Part shown: one piece after another, positions 22,752-33,440 of the stretch
Layout of the letters: each line of letters begins with the position of its first letter
Numbering within the stretch: the stretch's first letter is position 1
Translations under genes and position numbers: made by a program
NCBI GenBank assembly: GCA_964019335.1
Contig: OZ025706.1
Coordinates: 62,001 to 126,000 of the forward strand
Direction: 5' to 3'
Source of the DNA: Diplonema japonicum
Taxonomy: Eukaryota; Protista; Euglenozoa: Diplonemea
Length of the DNA: 64,000 nucleotides
Notes under the pieces: generated by a model
The model's input: the letters and a program-made list of their open reading frames with translations, nothing else
Databases searched by the model: none
What the model was told of the DNA's origin: nothing

Positions 22752-25208
22752 CTAAAACTTGATTTTGAGTGATTTCTTGTACTCGTTGAACCCACCAGCG
22801 TTGAACTTCCTGCAGAAGAAATGAGTTTTGCTTCCCCCCTCCCCTTCCCCACATACTTCAAACTGTTGTTCCCACACACCCACAGCTCGTCTGCGACGGA
22901 AGTGATCAAATGCTCGTCGTGACTAATCAACAAAACACCACCCTTGAAGGTGGTGAGCGCCATGATAAGGGCGTCCACAGTGTCGATATCCAAATGGTTT
23001 GTAGGCTCGTCAAGAAGAAGAAGGTGAGGGTTCGTGAAGGTGAGGATGGCGAAGGCGATCCTGGACTTCTGCCCACCCGACAGCGTGTAGATAGGCTGGA
23101 TGGCCTTGTCCCCCGAGAGACCCATGGAGCCAAGATGCGCCCGGATCTTGTCCTTGTCAGCAGATGGGAACTTGGTACGCATGAACTCGAATGCTGTTTG
23201 CTGAAGGTTCAGGGAATCGACGTGGTGCTGTGTGAACCTGGCGATCCTCGCTTTGGGATTCCGGATCACCCTTCCTTCAAGGGGTTCCAGCTCACCAGCG
23301 ATGACGTTCATAAAGGTGGACTTCCCGCTCCCGTTGACACCGACCAGTGCAACCCTGCTGTCCATGTCCAACGCAAAGTTGACATCCTTGAAGAGGACCT
23401 GGTTGACCTTGTACCCAAAGGTCACGTCCAGGATCTGCATGAACGGGTTAGCAACAGGCTCGGGGTCGTTGAACTCGAACCTGAACGTCGACTCCTTCTC
23501 GACAGCATCGATGAGGTGCATCTTCTCCATCTGCTTGATACGCGACTGCACCATGGCCGCCCGCTTGGCGTTGAACCTGAACTTGTCGATGAACTCTTGC
23601 ATGTGCTTCCTGTGTAAGAATTTCTCAGGGAGGGGTGTGGGGTGGGGGGACACACCTTGTCTTCTCCTGTGTCTCGTGTTGTTTGGACTGCGTCCTGAGC
23701 TTCTCCTGCCTCGCGTTCTCGTACATGTTGTAGTCCCCTCGGTAGTACTCCAAGGCTTCATTTTGGAAGTGGATGATATCGGTCGTGACCTTTTTTTTTT
23801 TTTTTTTTTTTTGTCTTTTTAAAAAGACTGTTCCAACATACCGCGTTAAGGAAGGTTCGGCTATGGGAGACAACGAGCAGTGTCTTCTCCCAGGTGGAGA
23901 GGTAGTTCTCAAGCCACAGCACGGCGTGGAGGTCCAAGTGGTTGGTCGGCTCGTCAAGGAGAAGGATGTCGGGCGAGATGAAAAGCGCACGCGCGAGAGA
24001 GACACGCATCCGCCACCCTCCGGAGAGGGACTTTGTCGGCATTTTCATCATGTCAGGTGTGAAGGACAGACCGCTGAGGATGGTGGCAGCACGTGCTTCG
24101 GCGGAGTGCGCATCGATCTCGTCCATCCTGGCGTAGATCTCAGTAAGGCGCTTGCCCGACTCGGCAGTGTCTTCAGCTTGAACCAGCGCTGCCTCCTCTT
24201 CCATGAGGTTTGTCCTCTCCACATCTGCGCTCAGCACCACCTGGATGGGGGTGTCCAAGGACGGGACACACTCCTGCTCAATGTGCAGGATCTGCAGGAA
24301 AGGCGAGATCCCCTCCAGCTCACCCTCTGAGATGTGCCTCAGCAGCGTGGTCTTCCCCACACCGTTGCGACCGATCAACCCGTACCTGTGTCCGGCAATG
24401 ATCTGCACGTCTGCGTCCTTCAGCAGTACCAGCTTCCCCATGTTGATGTGCACGTTGTTGACACGGATCTCACCACCCTGATTTTTTTTTTTTTTTGGAT
24501 TCTTTTTTTTTTTTTTGTTTTATACCTGAGGAAAGCTTGTGGTACCGTGAATTTTAACGTGCTTCTGCCCGCTGAGACCTCGCTGGCGCATGAACACCTC
24601 GAACTCGCCTTGCATTGCTGTCTGGTGAGAGAGTGGGGTTTTGTTGAAGGGAAAAAAAAAAAAAAAAAAAGAAATACCCGTTTCTCGTCTTCTTTCTTCT
24701 GTTTTCGCGCTTCTTTCGCAGCGGACCGCTTCTTCTCCCAATCAAGATCGTCGTTCCAGTTGACGTCGTTGGCGGAGCCCAGACCGGTGATGGAGCCGAC
24801 AACTTTGGTTTCACGCATTTGTGCCTCAGCAATCTTCCCGATGGTGACGGTGTGCTGGAGGAGGCGCTTTTCCTTGTTGGCAGGGGGGATGGCAAAGATC
24901 TTCTGCTCTTTCATCACATTCACAAGGGCTGTGATGTTATTCACGGCTTGCTTCTCGTCTGTAAAGGCGTTGAACTCCAACAAGAATCGCGAGATGGCGC
25001 TGATAACGCTCTCCTCTTCTGATTGCGAATCGAGGACCATCTGCGCCTCCAGTACTTTCAAGATATAAAGCAGTGTTTGTCTGTCAAGCTTGTCAAGCCT
25101 GTCCTCCCCCACACACCCTTTCAGCACCGCTGTCATCTTGGAGTCATATGGTGCCATGACGGCACCTAGACTCACCTCCCCTGAAGGGGACCCGCTTTTC
25201 TTCCCCAT
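22752..25208 (-). CDS. ABCF3: ABC-F family ATPase (ABCF3/GCN20-like); 5 predicted introns
   Basis: Two NBDs (GRNGVGKT/LSGGW/LLLDEPTNHLD and GVNGSGKS/LSGGQ/LLLDEPTNHLD), linker FIDKFRFNAKRA..VQSRIK, no TMs. Spliced end KFNAGGFNEYKKSLKIKF*. Confidence 0.93.
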
Positions 25209-25370
25209 TTTCTTTGTTCCCTCCCTTTCCTTTTTTGTGACTTTGAAAGATATAAACGGACGGGCAGAAAGTAAAAAGAAAAAAAAAATAATAAAAACTT
25301 CCCTTCTTCCCCGTTTGGCTCAAAAAAAAAAAATGTTAGAACTGGGTGGGGTAAGGTGGGTCAAAAAAAG

Positions 25371-25406
<36 letters not shown>

Positions 25407-25853
25407 GCAACAACACTAAAGTGGCATGAGGGGAGGGCTTGATGGGTAGCGAAGGCTGGCGCTGCGGGTCAACGGGAGATGGGTGGAAATATTTTATTTC
25501 TAAAAAAACTTTTTTTTTTGTTTTGTTGTCTTTGCAGTGTGCGCTTTATGAGATTTTAAGGTAAGAAAGAAGAAAAGAAACTTCTTTCGGGGGGGGAGGG
25601 GGCCAAAAGCAGCATCACTGTTACATTCCTTTTTTTTTCTCTTTTTTTTTCGTTGTAGTGCCCTAACCATTCCCCCACAGCTGCACATCGCTGCACCCTT
25701 CAGAAAAGCCTTCCCTCCCAGCCACAAAAAAAAATGATTGAGAACAAAAAAAATAATCTTTTTTTGCTTCTCTTCTGGTCGCGTATTCGTAACACACTAC
25801 ATAAAGAATCGTTTTTTTTTTAGTTTTTCTTTTTTTTTCACTCGTCGTTTTTT

Positions 25854-25990
25854 TTACAGGCTCTTCCACTCCGCGAAATCGGTTTTCTGGTTTTTTTTTT
25901 TTTTTTTTTTCTTCCTTTCCCGCTTCTTTCCTCATACCGTCACGAGACCAGTGAAGCCAACAGTCATGTCCAGAAGGTCTTGTTTTGACA

Positions 25991-26033
<43 letters not shown>

Positions 26034-26549
26034 TTCCCTGTTTCCCTACACCATACCTTCAGGTCATCAATCACACAGGTCCATTTCAGTGAGTCTTTCG
26101 CCGCCACGAAGGTGCCAAATTCAAGACCGTCCACCTTTATCATTCTGATAAGGCTCTCGGTTTCTTTGGGGCAGGTTCCTGCTTTGAGGGAGATGTTTGC
26201 GACGACACTTGTCCTAGCGGCCTTTTTGACAACAGGGGCGGGCTTGTCCTTCTCGGCCTTTTTGCTTGCCTTGACATTACCGGACACCGAGCAGGTGATT
26301 TTGTTTTCTGCGGGCTTCGCGGCTTTCCACGCACCCCTTTCCACCTCAGTAAAGGAGGCCATGTGCTTCACCCACCTGTGAAGGCTGCTGTTCTTTTCAC
26401 CAAGCAGCTCATTGAAAAGCTTCACGTCTTCCGCACTGGGCTTGTCACCACCTTTTTTTTTTTTTCTTTCCCCCTTTTTTTTCTTCCTAACACAACATAC
26501 CTACGAATTTCTTCCCATCCAACAGAGCCTCAACCTTGCTCGCCGTCAT
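25854..26549 (-). CDS. Elongation factor 1-beta-like protein with divergent GEF domain; introns 26452-26500, 25992-26056, 25887-25937
   Basis: EDVKLFNELLGEKNSSLHRWVKHMASFTEVERGAW closely resembles the trypanosomatid EF-1beta N-domain. The C-domain aligns to the EF1B GEF (DGLEFG, CVIDDLKVS, TDFAEWKSL). Confidence 0.8.
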
Positions 26550-27286
26550 TTTTTTTTTTTTTTTTTTTTTCCCTTTTTTTTTTTTTTTTTTTTTTATATC
26601 TTACTACACAAACGGTAAAGGAGAAAAAAAAGGTGGGGGGCGGTGGGGAGTAAAAAAGGAAAAAAAAAAAAAAAAAAGAGACATTTAAAAAAAAGAAAAA
26701 AAGAAAAAATGGAAACGTTAACCCGCAGCCCACAACCATGCAGTGTCATAAGAGATAATCTGAGTAAGCGATCAGGGTCAGGGACATCTTTCCCTTCTCA
26801 TGTTTCTGCTGATGTACCCCTTGAGGCTTTCGGGCGTCACTTCTCGATCGTAAGGCCACGGGAAATAAAAAAGAAAAGCAAAAAAAAAATGAGACCAAAA
26901 AAAAAAAAAAAAAAAAAAAGGAACAACCCCTCTGCTCTACGAAAGTAACAACAAGCAAAAAATAAAAAATAAAAGACCAGCGTCTTGTAGCAGGCGAGGT
27001 CCTCTTTGCGTTGATGAGAAGAGGGAGAAGCTTTATCCTTTTTCATGGCAATTTCAAAGCACGGTTAGCATTGCAAAAAGTTCAGACCTTTGCAAGTACC
27101 CCCGAAGGGTATTTGGGTCGAGTGCAATGTTGGGAAAGAGAATTCTTTTTGGCGCGCTTTGTGATCACGTGCAGGGGAAAGAAGAAGGGAAGAAAAGAAA
27201 AAAAAAGAAAACAATAAATTTTTAAATAAAACAACATAACATCTCCACGCCACTCGTAGGGTAGTGCAACAAATCTTCAGCTTTTT

Positions 27287-28741
27287 CTACTTGCTGTAAA
27301 TGTGCTTACCTTCCTTGATTTCATTGGTCACCTTTGTGACCCACTCGGACCCCTCGCCTTGGAGCTTGGGCATGTTCGCCTCCTGTGTGAGGTGGCACTC
27401 CCCCCTGAGGGCAGCGAACTTCCCGATGATGCCTTCCTGGAGGTGGTTCAGGGGGAGGGCGGCCTCAGCCATGGCGTGCTCGTAGCCGAGGGACTTGGGG
27501 GCGTCGGGGAGGTGCATCGGGCAGTCGGTCCTGGGCTGCTGCTCGGACAGGATGTCCTCGAAGGTGGATGCCCAGGCGTCCCTCTTGGTGAGGAACTTCT
27601 CGTAGCCGAAGAGCTTCTTCATGGTGGACAGGATAGAGGTCGCCTCAAGCTCGCTGTTCGCCTCGGGCTTGATCCCGTTGGTGTAGACGCTGCCCTTCTG
27701 CACCCACGGGGAGATGGCGATGACCGGGATCCTCACTCCGAGGCGCGTGAACTGGAAGTCCTTGTCGGGGAAGGACTTCGAGTCGTCGGGGGCAGGGACC
27801 CCTGTGGGGGTGGGCACGTGGTCGTAGAAGCCGCCGTGCTCGTCGTAGGTGATGATGAAGAGGGTCTCGTTCCACTGCGGCGACACGCGCAGGGCCTCGT
27901 ACACCTCCTTCATGATCGCCTCCCCGAGCCTCACGTCGTGGTCAGGGTGGTCGTCGTTCGCCCCCTCCAGCGATGTCGCGTTCACGAACCACCTAGGGTT
28001 CACCCACGAGAAGGCGGGGAGGTCCCCGTTCTTCATGTCCTCGTGGAAGCGGTCCCACCCGTGCACCTTCTCAGGGTTCACCACCAGCTTCTCCATGAAG
28101 GCCATCTCAAGCGGGGCGTCGGCGTAGTACATCTTCCAGTCAAGCCCTGCAGACTCCACACGGTCGAAGATGGTGGGCCCCACGTACAGCTCCGTGTGGG
28201 GGTGGAAGGCAGAGGTCTCGGTGTCCCCCTGCGAGGTCGCCATCAGCTGGAACAGCCTGTTGGGCCAGGTGGGTCCGGGGTGCGAGCAGAAGAACCTGTC
28301 AAAGGTGAGGAACTCGTCGCTCAGAGCCGTCAGAACGGGGAGCCTGCTGTTGTTGAACATCTGCATCACAGAGTCCGGGTTCCTGTGGTGCTTCGACTCG
28401 AACTCGATGAAGCCGTCCATTGTCACGTTCTTCATCCCAGCCGCGATCTCCTTCTGCCCGTAGATCTTGTCCGTCGTTGCGGGGGTGCTGTGGTCGGGGT
28501 CGAACGGTCCCCTGTACGGGCTGGTCTGGCTCACCGTCACCCTCTTGCTGTTCGGGTCCTTTGTGTCCACAGGGTTCGACTCCGTCCCCTTCAGCCCGTT
28601 TACCTTCACGTTCTTGAAGAACCCCATCATGTGGTCAAACGACCTGTTCTCCTCCATCAGCAGCACAACGTTCTTGATCTTCCCGCTGTACCCAGCGCTT
28701 GCCTGTACAGCAAGCAGGCATGCCAGCAACGCTACTCTCAT
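27287..28741 (-). CDS. Secreted non-specific phospholipase C / phosphoesterase (NPC/PlcH-AcpA family)
   Basis: Signal peptide MRVALLACLLAVQASA; ENRSFDH, GPTWPNR, NDDHP, TYDEHGGFYDHV, RLGVRIP, LTKRDAWA. Confidence 0.93.
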   Translation of the reverse strand: MRVALLACLLAVQASAGYSGKIKNVVLLMEENRSFDHMMGFFKNVKVNGLKGTESNPVDTKDPNSKRVTVSQTSPYRGPFDPDHSTPATTDKIYGQKEIAAGMKNVTMDGFIEFESKHHRNPDSVMQMFNNSRLPVLTALSDEFLTFDRFFCSHPGPTWPNRLFQLMATSQGDTETSAFHPHTELYVGPTIFDRVESAGLDWKMYYADAPLEMAFMEKLVVNPEKVHGWDRFHEDMKNGDLPAFSWVNPRWFVNATSLEGANDDHPDHDVRLGEAIMKEVYEALRVSPQWNETLFIITYDEHGGFYDHVPTPTGVPAPDDSKSFPDKDFQFTRLGVRIPVIAISPWVQKGSVYTNGIKPEANSELEATSILSTMKKLFGYEKFLTKRDAWASTFEDILSEQQPRTDCPMHLPDAPKSLGYEHAMAEAALPLNHLQEGIIGKFAALRGECHLTQEANMPKLQGEGSEWVTKVTNEIKEGKHIYSK

Positions 28742-29040
28742 CGTGTCAGATGTGGATGTCCTGTGTGTGGTGTGTTGTGTGGTGTGTTGTACGAGCGTAA
28801 CCACGGAACAAGGCGAATAAAGAAGGCTAGAATGGAAAGAGGGACACTTAAAAACGATTCTTCAAAAGATGTTGTCCTTTAAAAAATACTTTCAAAGCAG
28901 GTCAGAATCAGTTGTACTCAGAAATTTAAACATTTCAAAAAGAAATACTGGTAAAGGGAGGCCTGCACCCGCGCTGACACATCTGATGTACTTCTTTATC
29001 TATATCTCCATGTCATCCCCGCCACCTGAAAAAAAAGAAA

Positions 29041-29796
29041 TCATTTCCCGCAGTGCTTGGAGGCGAACTCCAACATGGCGGGACGGCAGTGCACGGTGCC
29101 GATGGCGGTGGGACGGGCACGCTTTACCTCGAGATTCGCGATCTCTGTGTCACCGTCATAGAAGTGCTTCGCGAGGTAGGCGGTGGCGACGGTGACAGCA
29201 CGACCCTTGCCAGACTTGCAGTGGATGTACATGCCGCCGTTGTGGCGTTTGCTGTGTAAGAAGTCCACCGCCGCGAGGATCTTGTCAAGAGGAACGTCAA
29301 CGAAGTCAATGCAGTTCAGCCTCAGCTGGCAAACCTTGTGCTCCTGGTACACCTTCACAGGGCCCTTGTACTCCTCGCAGCAGTTCACCACTGTTTTAAT
29401 GTTGTGGCGTTTGATGAGCGTCTCGGCGATTGAGTCCCACGGTGCCCCGCCCACCACCACACCAGGGTACACCTCATCATAGTACTTCCTCTCCCCAATA
29501 AGATCCCTTATCCCGTTGAAGGCCACTGTGGGCCAGAGGGTCAGGCGGGCCACACCCCATGTTGCGACCCCTCCTTTCCTGAGCCCCGCCTTTTGTTTTT
29601 TAATGAAGGCGTAAGCCAGCGTGATGCACAGAATCAACGGGACGAACAACATCATCCCCTCCTGAGCCCTCCCGAACACGATGAACAGCAGCCCAGCAGG
29701 AACGGCCGCCGTCACTCCCCACCCGATCGATGTGATTATGAACCCTAGCTCGGTAAGCTTGTCTGAGACATCTGAGGGCAGCTCGGTGAGGGTCAT
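29041..29796 (-). CDS. PTPMT1-like dual-specificity phosphatase with two N-terminal TM helices
   Basis: HCKSGKGRA CX5R loop, WPTVAFN, VVNCCEEY, CIDF. Confidence 0.75.
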   Translation of the reverse strand: MTLTELPSDVSDKLTELGFIITSIGWGVTAAVPAGLLFIVFGRAQEGMMLFVPLILCITLAYAFIKKQKAGLRKGGVATWGVARLTLWPTVAFNGIRDLIGERKYYDEVYPGVVVGGAPWDSIAETLIKRHNIKTVVNCCEEYKGPVKVYQEHKVCQLRLNCIDFVDVPLDKILAAVDFLHSKRHNGGMYIHCKSGKGRAVTVATAYLAKHFYDGDTEIANLEVKRARPTAIGTVHCRPAMLEFASKHCGK

Positions 29797-29967
29797 TTTT
29801 TTTTCTTTTTCTTCTCCCTTTTTTTGTGCGTCTGGTTTTACCGGCCACCTGTGTCTATTTATGCTTTCCCCAGATTATATGCCTTTTGGGAGAACGGGAA
29901 AAAAAACACATTGTTTTTTTTTGCTCCCCCACAGCCACCCCGTGTAATTAAGGTTCTCCCCCCTCCC

Positions 29968-30123
29968 TTACTTCTTAAGAAGCTTCCACTTGTTCTGTTC
30001 GTGTTCCGCTGCAAGAACGGCGTCCTCATTCGAATGGTAGTTGTGTTTCGACCCGAAGGAATAGGGCCCGTGGATGTGGTAGATGAACTTCGCTGCGCTC
30101 GGAGTCGGCTGTGAAGAGAGCAT
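29968..30123 (-). CDS. Possible small protein (MLSSQPTPSAAKF...WKLLKK, 51 aa), perhaps with an upstream exon at ~30159-30239
   Basis: Below the ORF-track cutoff. GC3-rich codons in a coding-like island between poly-A/T spacers. Confidence 0.3.
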   Translation of the reverse strand: MLSSQPTPSAAKFIYHIHGPYSFGSKHNYHSNEDAVLAAEHEQNKWKLLKK

Positions 30124-30459
30124 CCCCCCCTCTATGCATTGCATACTGTTTTTGGTACGTAACAGAAGAAAGTCCCCTCCGCCTTGCCGTATCGATGCTG
30201 CTTCACAGCGCTCACCCTTTCGCCTGTTATTAGTCCCATTTATTTTCCCCTCCCTCTTTTTTTAATCGATGTAAACTGAAAAATATTTTTAGGGGCAATA
30301 CAAAAAAAAAAAAACTAATAATAATCAGGAGGAAGGGGAACATGAACTATACAAAAATGAAAAAGGGGGGGGGATAAAAAGACAACAAATACAACTCTAC
30401 TCCCTCTAGTTCATCATCAACAATGCTTACAGAACAACACTCGAACAGCGATACGCAAG

Positions 30460-32826
30460 CTAGTAAGCCGCATACATGGGCATGGACACAGGAATAGGTG
30501 GGTCGCAGAGTGAAGCTGAGCTCTGAGGGAGCAGCGTCATTTGAGGGGTCTGTACAGAGGAACAGTGTGGGGTGAGGTCTGCATAGGTGGGAGAGCGTTC
30601 TACTACCTTTGTGTGATGCTCTATAACCTCAACTTCAACAAAGGGCTGGGGCGGTGGTGGCATGTAAGGTGTTTGGTTCCTAACGGGCGACACCTGACGT
30701 GCTTCCTCAACCTTTGCGACCTGATTCATGCTGGTGCTCGTCACGTCCATGAGCATCGTCTCTAGCTGGGTGATCTTCTGCTGCTGTGTGGCAATTAACA
30801 CCCCTGCATGTTGCAGCTCTTCTTCCGCTTGAACAGCAGCACTTTTCCCCCTGTCCTCCAGCCGTCCCATCAAGTCTTCTGCAGCACTTTTCAGCGACCA
30901 GCACTCGGTCTCCAGCTCCTTTACTCTCCTCTCCTTCTCCACGAGTCTTCCCCCCAACAGCCCCACCTTTCTGCAAAGGACTGCAACTCTCTCTCCCAAA
31001 TTACTCAAGCCTTGAACTGCGTGCTGTACCGCCTCCATGCCTGGGGCATTCCCCAGCGCCTCCTGAAGCATCACCATGAGGTCAGCCGCTCCGTCTTGCG
31101 GTACCGACCGCACTGACACCACAGACATCGCCGGCGTTATGAGCTTCTCCCCTAGGAACCGCTCCCTCTGCCAGCTCTCCCTATGGGGCGACGTGGTGCG
31201 CGACTTCACGTACTCGGAAGGGTCCTTGGCTGCGAGCACCCCGTCCAGCTGCATGCGCAACGACTTGGCTTCGACTTCAAGCTGCCCAAATGCCTCGTTC
31301 TTTGCCTCCTCATTGTTCAGCAGTTCGGTGTTCCTTGCAGTGAGATCCCCCACTTGCTCTGTGAGAATTCGCACCTGTTCCGCGAGGCTCTCAGTTTGGA
31401 CGTCGCGTTCGGCACCTCTGCTTTGCAGCAAGTCAGCCTGCTGCCTGTCAGAAAGCTCTCTGTTTGCGTCTTGCAGCTCTTCGCACCTGGCCCTCAACGC
31501 ATGCAGCTCCACATTGTCACTGTCGCTAGGCCCTTCCTTCACGGTCACACTCTCCAACTGGGCTATCATCGCAGTAGCCGCCTTGAGTTCCTCCTCTAGC
31601 CTGCTCCTGTCATCAACAGCTCGGCTCAAGCGCATTGTAAGAAGCTTCTTCTCTTGCGATATTTTTGCGTTGACGGCAACGAGCTGCATGTCCTTCGTGT
31701 GGTCAGTAGCCTGCGGGAGGTCCTTTGCCGCGTCGAGTGCTCTCTTGAGATCTGCCACTTGCTGCTTTTCCCTTTCAAGCATCTCTTCGAGGTGTCTGCG
31801 TTCCGTCTGCTCCAGTTCGTGCTGCTCGGCTACACGCACGTTGTGTGTCTTGTAGTCAGACAGAAGGGACACCATGCCGCCTGTTAGTTTGCACAACCGC
31901 CTGCAGTCGAGCTCAGAAATAGATACAGGCCTAGAGGGTTTGATGATGAAGCTCTTCTTGGTAGGGCCTGTTCTGTATTCGAGAAGAGCGTCAGGTTTAG
32001 AGAGCGCGAGGAGTGCTTGAAGATGCACGGTGGAAGCGACCTCGGTGTCGGCCACCTTGAGGATCACGTCGCCTTCGCTGAGGTGTGCGGCGGTAGGGTC
32101 GGAGAAGAGGACGCGTACGCACCCGGTGAAAGAGTCGCCGGGGTTCCAGGATGGGTTCTTTTGGAGGGAGGCGATGTCGCCCTCCACCTCGGTGGCAGGG
32201 ATGTCGGCGACATGCAGGCCGAAGATTTCGGGCAACATGTTCTCGATGTGCTCCGCAAGGCATGTCTCATTCACGAGTGTCGTGGCCAGCGTGTCGTTGA
32301 GCGTGTTTTGGAGTTTGGACTGCAGCCCCAACACCTCGCGGGAGAGGTCCTCGATGCGGAGGTTCGCTGCTTGTTGTGCGTCAAGTGCAGCAAGCTTCTC
32401 TGCCTCCCTTGCAGAAGCGATCTTCTCGACGTCTTCCTGCAACCTTGCCGTCTCTTGCTTTCTGTACTCGTACTGTTCCGTCAGCTGGGTCAAGCGCTGT
32501 CGGAGATGCAAAGTCTTTTCCGTGTCAGTATCAGCTTGCAATCCTCCGGAGAGAAGACGGTCCTCAAGCCTTCGGATAGTCGCCTCGTATTCCGACCGTT
32601 CCTGCTTGCGCATCCGTTTCTCGTTCAAGAGGTCGTCCGTAAGCTGCTGGAGGTAGGTATCACTGGCAGAAGGCATTTGAGTGGCAGGGGTAGATGGAGG
32701 CATCGCGGGTGAGTAAGTAGTGCCAATAGACCCCATCCCCATCCCCAGCACCCCTAAGAACGCTGAACTTGCCCTGATAGGGGAGGCCCTCCTACGTAGA
32801 GGCGAGCGTCGATCCATATCCCTCAT
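30460..32826 (-). CDS. Large coiled-coil protein with a degenerate PDZ-like segment
   Basis: 788-aa ORF with extensive heptads; SDPTAAHLSEGDVILKVADTEV resembles the PDZ 'GD.IL.V' motif. Confidence 0.75.
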   Translation of the reverse strand: MRDMDRRSPLRRRASPIRASSAFLGVLGMGMGSIGTTYSPAMPPSTPATQMPSASDTYLQQLTDDLLNEKRMRKQERSEYEATIRRLEDRLLSGGLQADTDTEKTLHLRQRLTQLTEQYEYRKQETARLQEDVEKIASAREAEKLAALDAQQAANLRIEDLSREVLGLQSKLQNTLNDTLATTLVNETCLAEHIENMLPEIFGLHVADIPATEVEGDIASLQKNPSWNPGDSFTGCVRVLFSDPTAAHLSEGDVILKVADTEVASTVHLQALLALSKPDALLEYRTGPTKKSFIIKPSRPVSISELDCRRLCKLTGGMVSLLSDYKTHNVRVAEQHELEQTERRHLEEMLEREKQQVADLKRALDAAKDLPQATDHTKDMQLVAVNAKISQEKKLLTMRLSRAVDDRSRLEEELKAATAMIAQLESVTVKEGPSDSDNVELHALRARCEELQDANRELSDRQQADLLQSRGAERDVQTESLAEQVRILTEQVGDLTARNTELLNNEEAKNEAFGQLEVEAKSLRMQLDGVLAAKDPSEYVKSRTTSPHRESWQRERFLGEKLITPAMSVVSVRSVPQDGAADLMVMLQEALGNAPGMEAVQHAVQGLSNLGERVAVLCRKVGLLGGRLVEKERRVKELETECWSLKSAAEDLMGRLEDRGKSAAVQAEEELQHAGVLIATQQQKITQLETMLMDVTSTSMNQVAKVEEARQVSPVRNQTPYMPPPPQPFVEVEVIEHHTKVVERSPTYADLTPHCSSVQTPQMTLLPQSSASLCDPPIPVSMPMYAAY

Positions 32827-33440
32827 AAGGGACCTGCGGGGTGGTATGACTTAAAAGAGAACAAAATAGTGGGGGGGGGAACACTGGGAAGAGAAAGGAA
32901 GAAGAAAGAAAAACCTGAGCGGGCATTGCGTCAGGGGGAGGAGGGGTAGAAGAATGTATCCTATTATATCTTTTCGGTGCTGCTGCGGCTTTTTTTTTTT
33001 TTTTTTCTTCTTTTTTTTTCCTTTTTTTCTGTTCTACCCTTTTCCCCCTCTTTTTTTTCGACACAAACAGTAACGATCCCGCTTGCGCCGCTCTACCTTA
33101 GGGAAATGAAGAAAGTGATGTTTTCATTATCAAGTTTCGTTTCCCTTCCCTGCCCTGTGCTTTTTCTTCTATTGTTCTTTCCTTCTTCCACCACCGTTTC
33201 CTTCCCTCCCTTTTTTTTCCCCCCGTATCCGTATTTTTCTTCTAATCAAGAAACGCAAAGAAAAAAAAAGAGAAACAAAAAGAGGGGTACCTGTGGTATG
33301 TGGCAGGACGCCTTTAAAAAAACCTGACCTAACTTCAAGGTGACACATGTTAACGCTCAAAAAAAAAAAAACACTATTTTCTCTTCGACGAAAATCTTCT
33401 ACCACTTCGAGAATATCCCCCCCCCCCCCCCCCCATCCGG

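Noticed and set aside
27302-28882. 526-aa plus-strand ORF (similarly 58886..59965, 55718..56419, 32017..32712)
   Set aside because: Antisense shadows of GC3-biased minus-strand genes; no domains, and opposite to the cluster direction.
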